Of a stretch of 64,000 nucleotides of DNA, positions 18,453 through 27,672 are shown one piece after another. Every line of letters begins with the position of its first letter. Position 1 is the first letter of the stretch. The translations under genes and the position numbers were made by a program. The stretch comes from a virus, in the IMG/VR virus record IMGVR_UViG_3300023177_000002, one strand, 5' to 3'. The notes below the pieces were generated by a model. That model saw nothing but the letters and a program-made list of their open reading frames with translations. It was not told where the DNA came from and ran no database searches.

Positions 18453-18886
18453 ATTTGTACTCCTAGTTCGTCTCTAAGTAAAAAGTTCTTTGCAGTTATT
18501 AACTCATTGGGCACAGAATATTTATTTTGTAAATATTCCCGTTCTAGCATTTTATATCTATGCAATAGTTCCATAGCATCGCTATGACGTTTTCGCGCGT
18601 CCTTTATTGAAGACAGAGAATCTTGCACAAGAATAAACGCGTGTAGTTTAGTAACTAGTTCTTTTTCGTTTAGAGAATATGTTATTCTTTTTCCAAAACA
18701 CTTTTTATCACATTCTTGCCAATTTATCGGTGCTGTTGGATATCGTTCTTCCACTCCTATACGTATAAATCCTGCAGGTAAATGTATTTCAATATTAAAT
18801 GGTTTTAAACTCAAATGAAGTCCTAAACTGATAAAATACCATTTTGTATACCGAAAATAACAAACAAATTCTAATTTTTTATCCAT
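18440..18886 (-). CDS. hypothetical protein
   Basis: ORF. Confidence 0.4.
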   Translation of the reverse strand: MDKKLEFVCYFRYTKWYFISLGLHLSLKPFNIEIHLPAGFIRIGVEERYPTAPINWQECDKKCFGKRITYSLNEKELVTKLHAFILVQDSLSSIKDARKRHSDAMELLHRYKMLEREYLQNKYSVPNELITAKNFLLRDELGVQICQT

Positions 18887-19098
18887 TTGTTCTTCTCATA
18901 GTGCCAGTTTGCAATAACATTATCATCAATACCTATTGCCTGAATCAAACAACCTTCTTGTATTATCAGGTGCGGATCTAATTGTTCAAATTCTTGTTGT
19001 GTGCGACATTTGTAATACAAACCCCAATCACATTTTAATTCATATCTGATTGCATTATATGGTAATTCAGTTGGAAAATGAAAAACGATGGATCTCAT
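18871..19098 (-). CDS. hypothetical small protein
   Basis: ORF. Confidence 0.3.
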   Translation of the reverse strand: MRSIVFHFPTELPYNAIRYELKCDWGLYYKCRTQQEFEQLDPHLIIQEGCLIQAIGIDDNVIANWHYEKNKWIKN

Positions 19099-19370
19099 CT
19101 TTGTCCTGGTCTAGAATCATCACATACCGAAATTACATATTTCGACCCATGATATAATTCTTGTACTTTATGTATAACAACAGTCACATTGTTTGCATAT
19201 AATTTTCTCGCAATCTCGAATGGATCTTCGTCAGTCTGGAATTCTGTGCGTACGGGATAACCGCTGCGATTTAACACTGATTCCTCTTCCTGGGAACCAT
19301 ACCACCAATTTAAATATATTGTGTAGGTCATACTGGAAATTGTCCTTGTATTTGTCCACAATTTAGACAA
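19095..19370 (-). CDS. hypothetical small protein
   Basis: ORF. Confidence 0.3.
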   Translation of the reverse strand: MSKLWTNTRTISSMTYTIYLNWWYGSQEEESVLNRSGYPVRTEFQTDEDPFEIARKLYANNVTVVIHKVQELYHGSKYVISVCDDSRPGQR

Positions 19371-19579
19371 TAAATAAATGTTACGTTATCACCATCCCCC
19401 ATTAAACCTACATCCCTTGGTGGGTAACTTTCAAAACTACTAAACTCGTTTACAGTTTCGTAAGAGTCTTGATACGTAATAAAGAAACACATGTCTTTAC
19501 ATCTTGCCGAAATATATGCAAGTTTAACCTCATTACATCGTTTGCATGGCTGCTGCAATGCTTTTTTTATTGTTTCCAT
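19328..19579 (-). CDS. hypothetical Cys-rich small protein
   Basis: CKRCNEV...CLNCGQ; start trimmed to METIKK to avoid tRNA-Gly. Confidence 0.3.
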   Translation of the reverse strand: METIKKALQQPCKRCNEVKLAYISARCKDMCFFITYQDSYETVNEFSSFESYPPRDVGLMGDGDNVTFIYCLNCGQIQGQFPV

Positions 19580-19581
19580 AG

Positions 19582-19655
19582 AGCGGGTAACCGGTCTCGA
19601 ACCGGCCTTATTCCACGTTGGAAGCGTGGTGCCATACCGACTAGGCGATACCCGC
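19582..19655 (-). tRNA. tRNA-Gly (anticodon TCC)
   Basis: acceptor GCGGGTA/TACCCGC perfect, stem CCACG/CGTGG, loop CTTCCAA, T-loop TTCGAGA. Confidence 0.75.
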
Positions 19656-19664
19656 ATTTGGACA

Positions 19665-20255
19665 TTATGAATCTTTGTCCAAACGATAATTACTTGTAGA
19701 GATATTCATTGACTTATAACTCTTCTGAAAACCATCTGTGTTTGCTGCAAAACACAATACGTTTTTGCTATCAAATCCATATGAACGTGTAGCATCATTT
19801 ATAGCATCCATATTTGCTGAGAAGAAATCGAATTTCCATCCAAGCGCTGTTTTTGCCGTAATGATATCTTTAATTTGATCTTTCGAAAACCTCACGCTTG
19901 AGTTTTCTTGCCCATCGGTTATGATTACCATAATCACGTGATCAGTTTTTTGATCGTCCGGAAGTTTTGCTTGACGATCCTCAACGCGTTTCACGGCATC
20001 ACCAATGGCATCTAACAATGCAGTATTGCCTCTTGGCACATAAGATATACGTGAAAGTGGTACAGCTTTTTGCAATTCTACACCATCTTCAAATACATCA
20101 TATTCAGTGTCAAATAAAACAGTAGTTATTTTTGCATCGCCAGGGAGTTTTTTCTGCTCATCAATAAATGTGTTATAACCACCTATTGTGTCAGCCACAA
20201 ATCCAGACATCGATCCCGAGCGATCGATTACAACAATTATTTCAGTAGGTTTCAT
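19665..20255 (-). CDS. von Willebrand factor type A (vWA) domain protein
   Basis: IVVIDRSGSMSG MIDAS DxSxS motif. Confidence 0.65.
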   Translation of the reverse strand: MKPTEIIVVIDRSGSMSGFVADTIGGYNTFIDEQKKLPGDAKITTVLFDTEYDVFEDGVELQKAVPLSRISYVPRGNTALLDAIGDAVKRVEDRQAKLPDDQKTDHVIMVIITDGQENSSVRFSKDQIKDIITAKTALGWKFDFFSANMDAINDATRSYGFDSKNVLCFAANTDGFQKSYKSMNISTSNYRLDKDS

Positions 20256-20262
20256 TTTATCC

Positions 20263-21363
20263 TTAATAAATTAGTTTATACTGATCAATCCATTTGTACA
20301 AAATATTTCTTTCTCCGTTGGTCGCCCTACGGTTTAATTTTCCACGGACCTGTCTGACCATTTTATCTTGTGGAGACACTTCTATGGTAAGATGCTTTCG
20401 TTCGTCGCCTATCCCATCGATACTATGCAAAGTGAATATTCTGCTTTGTCCACGCACGCATGCCTGAGAATACGACCATACACAATGGTGTTGTATCTTA
20501 CTTTCATATGCAAGATCTTTTCCGGTCAATAACTGATGAATCTTCCAATGTATCTTCGTGACCTTATCATAATATTCCCATGTCGGGATATTCATTGGCA
20601 TCCATGTGCCTTCAATAATTGACTTGCCGGTTAATCTACGACCCATATGCCAACGATTAGAAAATCGTATAAGGGACGATAATGTACGTCCCTCAATTTG
20701 AAAATTTTCGTAGTCATGGGCATATTTTATAAAATCCAACAGTTCAGATAACATATCCGAGTCCAACTCTTCCAAATAGTTTGTAAAGAATTGTATTATT
20801 TTGTCCCAATAAGCAACTTCTTTCCAATCATGTATAGGAAATGGACCTAACCGGTTGGCAAACGAATTAATTAGATTAGTAGGCCAATGACGCGCCCTAC
20901 ATTTTGCATACCAACTGTTGTAGAACACGTTATTTTTAGGCCCGTTTAAAAACCAATGCAGCTCTTTTGCCGTAAATATTCCCTTCACTCGATCTTTTAT
21001 AGAGCGCCCTTGGCCGAGATCTATCGCCCAATAGAATAGTTCTTGAACGAACGTATTTATTTCTTTTGGGGTAGTTAAGAAAGCATTGATAAACATATCA
21101 TGTACCGGATATTTAAAAAGCAAAAATCGTATGAGACTGGTTTTCTGCCGATCTGTATTATATGATGGACATTTCCATAAAGAAAGATTATTTATGAAAA
21201 ATTTCGAATAATTTGTCAAAGCTGGCATCAATTTATATACTTCTTCACCAGTGAGTTTTTTACTTTTTGCTGGTTTGACCGATTTATATGTTTTTAGCGT
21301 GTTATCGAATGAAGCTAGCCTACGCATTTTTTCTTGCAGTCGGCTAATAGTTTTTCGTCCCAT
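20263..21363 (-). CDS. hypothetical protein (366 aa)
   Basis: ORF adjacent to vWA gene. Confidence 0.45.
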   Translation of the reverse strand: MGRKTISRLQEKMRRLASFDNTLKTYKSVKPAKSKKLTGEEVYKLMPALTNYSKFFINNLSLWKCPSYNTDRQKTSLIRFLLFKYPVHDMFINAFLTTPKEINTFVQELFYWAIDLGQGRSIKDRVKGIFTAKELHWFLNGPKNNVFYNSWYAKCRARHWPTNLINSFANRLGPFPIHDWKEVAYWDKIIQFFTNYLEELDSDMLSELLDFIKYAHDYENFQIEGRTLSSLIRFSNRWHMGRRLTGKSIIEGTWMPMNIPTWEYYDKVTKIHWKIHQLLTGKDLAYESKIQHHCVWSYSQACVRGQSRIFTLHSIDGIGDERKHLTIEVSPQDKMVRQVRGKLNRRATNGERNILYKWIDQYKLIY

Positions 21364-21391
21364 AAAATCATGTCCTAATTAGTTTTACATG

Positions 21392-21464
21392 AGTCAAGTG
21401 TCGGATTCGAACCGACGCATATAGGTTTTGCAGACCTATGCCTTAACCACTCGGCCAACTTGAC
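21392..21464 (-). tRNA. tRNA-Cys (anticodon GCA)
   Basis: acceptor GTCAAGT/ACTTGAC, stem TAGGT/ACCTA, loop CTGCAAA, T-arm GTCGGTTCGAATCCGAC. Confidence 0.7.
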
Positions 21465-21628
21465 ATCTTTTCTTTTTGTTAATGTGAATTTACGTACTGC
21501 TAAAGTAATATAAGTATCTGAAAGAGTTAAAATTTTACGACAATTACAACAAATGTTGGCACTTAATTTCCGTATGACTGTTGTTCCACAACACACAGTT
21601 TTTTCTTCATATAAGTGATATTTCATAG

Positions 21629-21700
21629 CAGGGCGTACAGGACTTGAACCCGTAGTCACGGTTTTGGAGACCGTTGGTTTACCAATTAACCGAACGCCCT
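21629..21700 (-). tRNA. tRNA-Trp (anticodon CCA)
   Basis: acceptor AGGGCGT/ACGCCCT perfect, loop CTCCAAA, T-arm ACGGGTTCAAGTCCTGT. Confidence 0.75.
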
Positions 21701-21735
21701 GAAATAACTCATTCCATATGCGTGCTTTGATTTAA

Positions 21736-21753
21736 CATAGATAGCTATCTATG
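21736..21753. repeat. perfect 18-nt palindrome CATAGATAGCTATCTATG
   Basis: read directly; lies between split-tRNA trailer and tRNA-Trp. Confidence 0.8.
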
Positions 21754-21832
21754 GCTGAAGCGTGCTCGTTACAGCTTACCTTAGAGAATGAGCCATAATA
21801 AAATTAAATTACGAGCAAATGGTCATATACCA

Positions 21833-21870
21833 TCTTTATACTGTTGCTCTACCGACTGAGCTATCTCTCC
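21833..21870 (-). tRNA. 5' half of split/permuted Phe-like tRNA (acceptor 5' strand, D-arm, anticodon 5' strand)
   Basis: GGAGAGA TA GCTCAGTCGGTAGAGC A ACAGT ATAAAGA; D-arm identical to the tRNA-Phe at 35291-35364. Confidence 0.5.
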
Positions 21871-21972
21871 CAACCAGAAAGATAGTTATAGGAGGCTTCT
21901 TTTATATTGTCATGTCCTATACCATAAAATGAATTTAATCATTCAACAAAAGGGACCAACTATCTTTCAGGG

Positions 21973-22012
21973 TGGAGAGAGTAGGATTCGGACCTACGAC
22001 ACACAGTTCTTT
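21973..22012 (-). tRNA. 3' half of split/permuted Phe-like tRNA (anticodon 3' strand, T-arm, acceptor 3' strand), located UPSTREAM of its 5' half
   Basis: AAAGA ACTGT GTGTC GTAGG TCCGAAT CCTAC TCTCTCC A; ACTGT pairs with ACAGT and TCTCTCC pairs with GGAGAGA of the 5' half. Confidence 0.5.
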
Positions 22013-22040
22013 GATAACGATATACTTCGGCTCGTAAAAT

Positions 22041-23438
22041 TTATTTTCTAAGTGCGGCAATCATATCTGTTTTATGCTTAAGTAATATATCACTTACACC
22101 TACTTTATAGATATGTGGGTTTTCAAATCTAGTGAATTCTTTTCCTAAGCTCTGCAGACGACTTTCCGCATAAAGTCTTGATGTACGTACGATAGGATTA
22201 GTTATTACAACCTTTCCATTTTCCACGCACTTTATTAAAAGCGCTTCGTTTTTTAGATCTCCAACATCTGATAATCTATCTGGATAAACAGGATCATACA
22301 ACTTCTTCGGTGGAGGCATTCCTGCGCAAGTAATACCGTCGCCATAAAAAGTGCCGTCGTTATTATAATAACGATACAGATCTTTTGGTCCGGGTAATGT
22401 AGCTTTTTCAGGATTATCTGAAAATTTCATTTTCGGCTGTCCTTGAATCGATGATAGTTTATATACACCATCATGAGCTCCAGCGCCAGCACCGATAATT
22501 AAATTTGTGCCTACACCATAAATATCAATAGGAGCGTCCTGTTCTTCTAGACTACGAATTACATATTCATCTAATTGATTAGATGCAACTATTTTTACAT
22601 AAGACAAATTGGCCTCATCAAGAAGATTTCTTGCTTTTTTGCTTAGGTACGCAAAGTCGCCGCTATCTAATCGGATACCATGTAATTTACATCCGTTGGC
22701 TTCAAGTTCTTTAGCTACGATTATTGCATTCGGCACACCACTTTTTAATGTATCATAAGTATCAACTAGCAACACTGTGTTGTGCGGATATTCTTTAGCA
22801 AACGCACGAAATGCAGTTAACTCGTTTTCAAAACCAAGTATCCAGGCATGAGCCATTGTACCTACCGCTAAGAGATCGTATTTCTTTGCGGCATAAACAT
22901 TAGAAGTTGAAGTTGCACCACCAATAATAGCGGCTTTACTCGCCAAAATACCTCCCAACCCCTGTGCACGTCGTAATCCCATATCAATTATAGGTCGTTC
23001 GTTTACAACTTGTTTTATACGTGCTGCTTTAGTTGCGATCAATGTACTGAAGTTGATAATGTTGAGCAACAGAGTTTCTAATAATTGACACTCTAGCCAA
23101 CCACCTTCAATTCGCAGTATAGGTTCATTTGGAAAAACAACTTCGCCCTCACGCACAGAATAGATATCGCCTTTGAATTGAAAGTCACGTAAATAACTCA
23201 AAAAGCCTGCGTGAAAAATTCCTTGATGAAATAAATACGTTGTATCTTCTTCGGTAAATTTCCAATTCTTTAAGATATCTAACAACTCACTTAATCCGGC
23301 AAATAATGCATAACCGCCGCCGTATGGGTTACGTCGATAAAAATAATCATACGTGGCTCGGTCATTATGGCGGCTCATCTGGAAATATCCTTGTGCCATA
23401 ACAAGTTGATACATATCTGTGTATAACCCGTAGTTCAT
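22041..23438 (-). CDS. nadV: nicotinamide phosphoribosyltransferase (NAMPT/NadV)
   Basis: 465-aa protein with NAMPT-like sequence throughout (MNYGLYTDMYQLVMAQGYF..., GTMAHAWI..). Confidence 0.75.
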   Translation of the reverse strand: MNYGLYTDMYQLVMAQGYFQMSRHNDRATYDYFYRRNPYGGGYALFAGLSELLDILKNWKFTEEDTTYLFHQGIFHAGFLSYLRDFQFKGDIYSVREGEVVFPNEPILRIEGGWLECQLLETLLLNIINFSTLIATKAARIKQVVNERPIIDMGLRRAQGLGGILASKAAIIGGATSTSNVYAAKKYDLLAVGTMAHAWILGFENELTAFRAFAKEYPHNTVLLVDTYDTLKSGVPNAIIVAKELEANGCKLHGIRLDSGDFAYLSKKARNLLDEANLSYVKIVASNQLDEYVIRSLEEQDAPIDIYGVGTNLIIGAGAGAHDGVYKLSSIQGQPKMKFSDNPEKATLPGPKDLYRYYNNDGTFYGDGITCAGMPPPKKLYDPVYPDRLSDVGDLKNEALLIKCVENGKVVITNPIVRTSRLYAESRLQSLGKEFTRFENPHIYKVGVSDILLKHKTDMIAALRK

Positions 23439-23668
23439 ATTTTTATCCTTATTATTTGTGTATTATATAACCAATTATGCTCAATAATGGCATTACTCTT
23501 ACACACTTCACCATCACTGTCTACGGTGGTGCCACGTATGAAAGCTTTTACATTACCCTTGTGTGTGATATGAAAAGGAGCGTCGAAGTTGTGGTGTTCG
23601 TATCCCGTGGGGCGCACCATGGACTTATAGCAGTCAGTGAATTTATCATTATCCAAACAATAAGTCAT
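23435..23668 (-). CDS. hypothetical small protein
   Basis: ORF. Confidence 0.3.
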   Translation of the reverse strand: MTYCLDNDKFTDCYKSMVRPTGYEHHNFDAPFHITHKGNVKAFIRGTTVDSDGEVCKSNAIIEHNWLYNTQIIRIKI

Positions 23669-24540
23669 TTTTTACCTTTTGTTTTAGGTTTTTTATACAA
23701 CGCTAATTTCTTCAACGCCTCGTCAAACTCCGCCTGTACTGTATCGGAAACTATTGCCTCATCTTTTTCAAAATGCTTTAATAATTCTAGAGCTTGTGCA
23801 CTGTCACCGAATTTCACTTGCTCTTCCACACGCCGTGTCATAGCCTGCAACGCAGTGATACGTTCATAATGTTGATTTATAACTTTAATGATAGCTTCCG
23901 ATATTCCAGGAATACCTGCATATAGTCGTTTAGAAATAGTAACATCTAATTCTTGCAAAGCACGTCCTTCCCGTGAAAGCTGAGCCAATAATGAAGCACG
24001 ATCAGCTTCGATCTTTTTGACATATTTTCTGAAAGCACCGATTGTCATGTTTTGATCTAGCTCATTCATATCTATTGTACCAGACAATTCATCCAACGTA
24101 TCTTTCTTTTCTTGTAGGGATTTTTGATCTCTATCATATTGCTCCAATAGTTTGAATGTTTCTGCATCAACTACTTTAATGGCATTTTTTAAGATCGGTA
24201 GTTTTTTTAGCACGGTATTGGCACGTTCTTCGGCAATTTTTTGTAACTCATCCCAATTTCTACCGTGCAAAGAACCGCAGTTACTATTAGTAATAACTGC
24301 ACTCACACATTGTATATTTCTTGTATGTTTGTTACTTATAAATTTGCGATCAATCGCTTTATCTATAATTACGTGCGCTGTATGTTCCAATAACCACGCT
24401 GCCACTTCAACACGTTCTTTAAACGTTTTTAAGAATTCGTTCTTTTTGTTATCGGCCCAAAAAGCTATAGGTCTGGTATCGGCCATGTTAATCAATGACG
24501 TGTTAGAAGTATCTAACAACGCATCTTGTTGATTTTCCAC
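23665..24540 (-). CDS. hypothetical protein, coiled-coil rich
   Basis: ORF. Confidence 0.45.
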   Translation of the reverse strand: MENQQDALLDTSNTSLINMADTRPIAFWADNKKNEFLKTFKERVEVAAWLLEHTAHVIIDKAIDRKFISNKHTRNIQCVSAVITNSNCGSLHGRNWDELQKIAEERANTVLKKLPILKNAIKVVDAETFKLLEQYDRDQKSLQEKKDTLDELSGTIDMNELDQNMTIGAFRKYVKKIEADRASLLAQLSREGRALQELDVTISKRLYAGIPGISEAIIKVINQHYERITALQAMTRRVEEQVKFGDSAQALELLKHFEKDEAIVSDTVQAEFDEALKKLALYKKPKTKGKK

Positions 24541-24581
24541 TGAGTTATTCCTTTTATATTTTTTGAAAATTGTGAGTTAGG

Positions 24582-24654
24582 TGCATCCGACAGGACTTGA
24601 ACCTGTAACTTCCGGTTTAAGAGACCGGCACTCTACCAATTAAGTTACGGATGC
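24582..24654 (-). tRNA. tRNA-Lys (anticodon CTT)
   Basis: acceptor GCATCCG/CGGATGC perfect, stem CCGGT/ACCGG, loop CTCTTAA, T-arm ACAGGTTCAAGTCCTGT. Confidence 0.75.
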
Positions 24655-24858
24655 TTAATTATCTGGAATTAATATTCCATTATTATCTTTAAACTTTTCT
24701 AGGGCTTGATGTATATTATATATTTCAACATGCCTAACTTCTCCACCAAGTTCTATATCAATAAATTTACCTAATACCGCCCATGTATCAGGAAGCAAAC
24801 ACTGATGTAGTACAGCTCTGCCATTACCAGCAGGTAAACGTAAATCAACACGTATCAT
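24655..24858 (-). CDS. hypothetical small protein
   Basis: ORF. Confidence 0.3.
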   Translation of the reverse strand: MIRVDLRLPAGNGRAVLHQCLLPDTWAVLGKFIDIELGGEVRHVEIYNIHQALEKFKDNNGILIPDN

Positions 24859-24921
24859 TAGATTTCCTTATTACTATATGATTGGAATTAGTTGGTATAT
24901 ATGAAACTTATTTTTTTCATG

Positions 24922-24993
24922 AGCCAGAGATGGGACTTGAACCCATGACCTCCTGCTTACCATGCAGGTACTCTACCGCTGAGTTACTCCGGC
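24922..24993 (-). tRNA. tRNA-Thr (anticodon GGT)
   Basis: acceptor GCCGGAG/CTCTGGC, stem CCTGC/GCAGG, loop ATGGTAA, T-arm ATGGGTTCAAGTCCCAT. Confidence 0.7.
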
Positions 24994-25000
24994 CATATAT

Positions 25001-25147
25001 TCATTTGTGTGACTTATAATAAAGGAATATACCTAACCCTAAAAGTGTCACGCCGATTATCACACCGGTTATAATTTGTTTATTAGATATTTCGAGTGAA
25101 TTAAAATCCATATCAAAACATCCGTAGGTATCTATTGATTGGTTCAT
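25001..25147 (-). CDS. small membrane protein (48 aa), not in ORF track
   Basis: manual translation MNQSIDTYGCFDMDFNSLEISNKQIITGVIIGVTLLGLGIFLYYKSHK; one TM helix. Confidence 0.3.
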   Translation of the reverse strand: MNQSIDTYGCFDMDFNSLEISNKQIITGVIIGVTLLGLGIFLYYKSHK

Positions 25148-25148
25148 A

Positions 25149-25631
25149 TTATGTCCACATGTAAGATCGATATTGAATTATTAAATGTAAAATTTCTTGG
25201 TCTTTAGCTTCATAAAATCTTTCTGCTTTATGCACAGATTCTGCATCTTTTTTGCTTATTTTATCTAGTTCCTCCCACGAAATACTGCCAAAAACATTGT
25301 GTAGTAATGTCTCGTATTTTTCTACTGCTTTGGGACGTTCCTCTTTTATCCATTTATATGCTTTTAATAAAGCCTTTGCAGCTTCTTGATGTTTTGGATC
25401 ACTGTCCCAATCAACACGATTCATTGCAAACTCATCCTCAATGAAACGTACGAGATATTCAAATACTGCTAAACGAATAAGTTCGTCCTTATCGCACCAT
25501 GTTGGTGGTCGATTTAAAATCAGTATATTATGGGGGTGTCTCCAAGCAATAAACCAGTACCACCATTCATATAATTTACCTCGCCAGGACATGCCTTTAG
25601 TCTCTGGCCATATATTTTTTATTTTTTTCAT
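25149..25631 (-). CDS. hypothetical protein
   Basis: ORF. Confidence 0.45.
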   Translation of the reverse strand: MKKIKNIWPETKGMSWRGKLYEWWYWFIAWRHPHNILILNRPPTWCDKDELIRLAVFEYLVRFIEDEFAMNRVDWDSDPKHQEAAKALLKAYKWIKEERPKAVEKYETLLHNVFGSISWEELDKISKKDAESVHKAERFYEAKDQEILHLIIQYRSYMWT

Positions 25632-25635
25632 AGTG

Positions 25636-25715
25636 TAGCCTCTAAGGGACTCGAACCCTTACTCCGAAGAATACGGTCCTAAGCCGTACGCGGCTGCCAA
25701 TTACGCCAAGAGGCT
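25636..25715 (-). tRNA. tRNA-Leu (anticodon TAG), type II
   Basis: acceptor AGCCTCT/AGAGGCT perfect, stem TACGG/CCGTA, loop CTTAGGA, variable arm TTCTTCGGAGTA. Confidence 0.7.
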
Positions 25716-26033
25716 AGAAATTCCAATTTACACATTTGCCTTTAAAACCGACAATTATATTATTTATAGCAACACCTATAGCTAATATTAATAAACAAGT
25801 ACCTAACCATATCCAAAAATCTGACATAATGAATTGTAATAGTTCTAACATTTTACATCCTTTCTTAAAAATTTTAGACATATACAGAGATCACACCCTA
25901 TTGGTTTTCGACGGTCTGCACTACAAATTATCATATGGTCATATTGTTTTTCTTCGCCATAGAGTTTTTTATGTAAAGGAGTTTGCGAATACTTATTTAA
26001 CCATTTTGGTTTTAGATTTATTTGTTTCATAGT

Positions 26034-26113
26034 GACCTTGAAGAGACTCGAACTCTTATGCTTTCGCGACAGATCTTGAATCTGTTGTGTCTGCCAGTTT
26101 CACCACAAGGCCT
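26034..26113 (-). tRNA. tRNA-Leu (anticodon CAA), type II
   Basis: acceptor GGCCTTG/CAAGGTC, D-loop AAACTGGCAGA, stem ACAGA/TCTGT, loop TTCAAGA, variable CGCGAAAGCAT. Confidence 0.7.
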
Positions 26114-26118
26114 TAACA

Positions 26119-26562
26119 CTATATAACATAAATCGGTATTTTTGCTTCATTCAACATTATTAACGCCGCTTTAAAATTTTCGCCCCAACGCTCGTTAGCT
26201 TCGGGGTTATCTTCACATCGTGTATTATCGATATAAACTTCACAGATACCTGATTGAATTATAGCTCTGGCACATTCTGCACATGGATACCAACTTAAGT
26301 AAATACGTGCACCATCTAGAGATACGCCACGACGTGCTGCTAAGTAAATTGCATTCCTTTCGGCGTGTTCTGTGTACATATACTTAGCCGGGCGTTCGAA
26401 TCGTTCTGGAGATTCATTTACTAATCTAGGAATACCATTAAAACCCGTAGATATAATTTCATTATACGGCCCAACTATAACACATCCAACCTTTGTAGAG
26501 GGATCCTTGGACTTTGTTTTAATAACAGTTACTAAATCAAAAAAATATTTAGACCATTCCAT
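26119..26562 (-). CDS. dCMP/cytidine deaminase
   Basis: HAERNAI ... YPCAECARAI zinc-binding CDA motifs (HxE, PCxxC). Confidence 0.75.
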   Translation of the reverse strand: MEWSKYFFDLVTVIKTKSKDPSTKVGCVIVGPYNEIISTGFNGIPRLVNESPERFERPAKYMYTEHAERNAIYLAARRGVSLDGARIYLSWYPCAECARAIIQSGICEVYIDNTRCEDNPEANERWGENFKAALIMLNEAKIPIYVI

Positions 26563-26564
26563 AG

Positions 26565-26645
26565 TCGTCTCTGAGAGACTCGAACTCTCATGCTATTCGC
26601 GACGCGTTCTGGACGCGTTGTGTCTACCAATTCCACCAAGAGACG
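26565..26645 (-). tRNA. tRNA-Leu (anticodon CAG), type II
   Basis: acceptor CGTCTCT/AGAGACG perfect, stem ACGCG/CGCGT, loop TCCAGAA, variable CGCGAATAGCAT. Confidence 0.65.
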
Positions 26646-26669
26646 AGGTGGGATTACTCCCACCAGTCG

Positions 26670-26918
26670 TTACGAAGTTGCTTTTGTAACATTTTTCGCT
26701 TGGAGACCTTTCTCTCCTTGCTCGACGTCGAAATTAACCGCTTCGCCGTCTTTTAGTGATTTATAACCATCACCCGTGATTGCCTTGTAATGTACAAAAA
26801 CATCTTCACCGGTGGCACGGGTTATGAAACCATAACCTTTGGCATTATTGAACCACTTGACTGTGCCTTGTTCCATGTTGCTTTGATCCTTTATGTTGTT
26901 TTGTTGCATTAGGTGCAC
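26670..26918 (-). CDS. cold-shock protein (CspA family)
   Basis: [15 protein letters not shown] ... VFVHY RNP motifs. Confidence 0.85.
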   Translation of the reverse strand: MHLMQQNNIKDQSNMEQGTVKWFNNAKGYGFITRATGEDVFVHYKAITGDGYKSLKDGEAVNFDVEQGEKGLQAKNVTKATS

Positions 26919-26939
26919 TTATTGTGCAACTCCTAATAG

Positions 26940-27020
26940 TCGGGAGAGAGGGATTCGAACCCTCATGCTGTTCGCGTGGCCTTTTAAGGACCATGTGGCT
27001 GCCAATTTCACCATCCCCCG
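26940..27020 (-). tRNA. tRNA-Leu (anticodon TAA), type II
   Basis: acceptor CGGGGGA/TCTCCCG, D-loop AAATTGGCAGC, stem TGGTC/GGCCA, loop CTTAAAA, variable CGCGAACAGCAT. Confidence 0.7.
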
Positions 27021-27250
27021 GATAATTCTACTTCTGCATATATTTTTTTAATATCTATGTTATTAAGATTCAATAATGCTTCCATACCTTTTAGATAAGC
27101 ATTTTTTTCAAGGAGTATTAAATAATCTCTTGGACTTAATTCGAACTGATCGAATTCAAGTTTTGATGCTGGATTCCAGCCATATGAAACTTTTAAATTA
27201 TAGCACCAAGTTAAATACTTGCGCACCTCTTGTTTATATTGTTCTAGCAT
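27008..27250 (-). CDS. hypothetical small protein (3' end overlaps tRNA-Leu by ~13 nt)
   Basis: ORF. Confidence 0.3.
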   Translation of the reverse strand: MLEQYKQEVRKYLTWCYNLKVSYGWNPASKLEFDQFELSPRDYLILLEKNAYLKGMEALLNLNNIDIKKIYAEVELSGGW

Positions 27251-27400
27251 AATTTATAATTTATTACGGCGCTCAAATATGGATCGGGGGTAGTGAAAGT
27301 CATTATCCCTTATGAGCTTTGAGCAGTCTGCTTGCGTTACCTTTCACCCACTTCAGACCTTCGGCACTCTATCTCGCTCCTTTGTCGCCGTAATAATTTG

Positions 27401-27474
27401 TGCACCCGAGAGGACTCGAACCTCCACCTAACGGATTAAAAGTCCGCTGCATTATCCAGTTTTGCTACGAGTGC
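27401..27474 (-). tRNA. tRNA-Lys (anticodon TTT)
   Basis: acceptor GCACTCG/CGGGTGC, stem GCGGA/TCCGT, loop CTTTTAA, T-arm GGAGGTTCGAGTCCTCT. Confidence 0.75.
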
Positions 27475-27670
27475 TGCTTTTCAAGAATTCTTGTAAAGAG
27501 GTTGTTCTGTAACTTAATTTAAATACTAATGGATTTGTTTTGTAATATTCTCGTGTAATTATGTTAACAAAGGCTTTGTCTATTTCGTCCGTAATATTTT
27601 TTGCGGACCTGTCTACAAATTTGTCGAGATCTTTATAAACGTCCATACTCCATGTGATTTTTGCTTTCAT
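27452..27670 (-). CDS. hypothetical small protein (overlaps tRNA-Lys at 3' end)
   Basis: ORF squeezed between two tRNAs. Confidence 0.25.
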   Translation of the reverse strand: MKAKITWSMDVYKDLDKFVDRSAKNITDEIDKAFVNIITREYYKTNPLVFKLSYRTTSLQEFLKSSTRSKTG

Positions 27671-27672
27671 CG

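Noticed and set aside
21375-21659. 94-aa ORF from track
   Set aside because: Spans tRNA-Cys and tRNA-Trp on the same strand; the ORF is the reverse reading of tRNA sequence; spurious.
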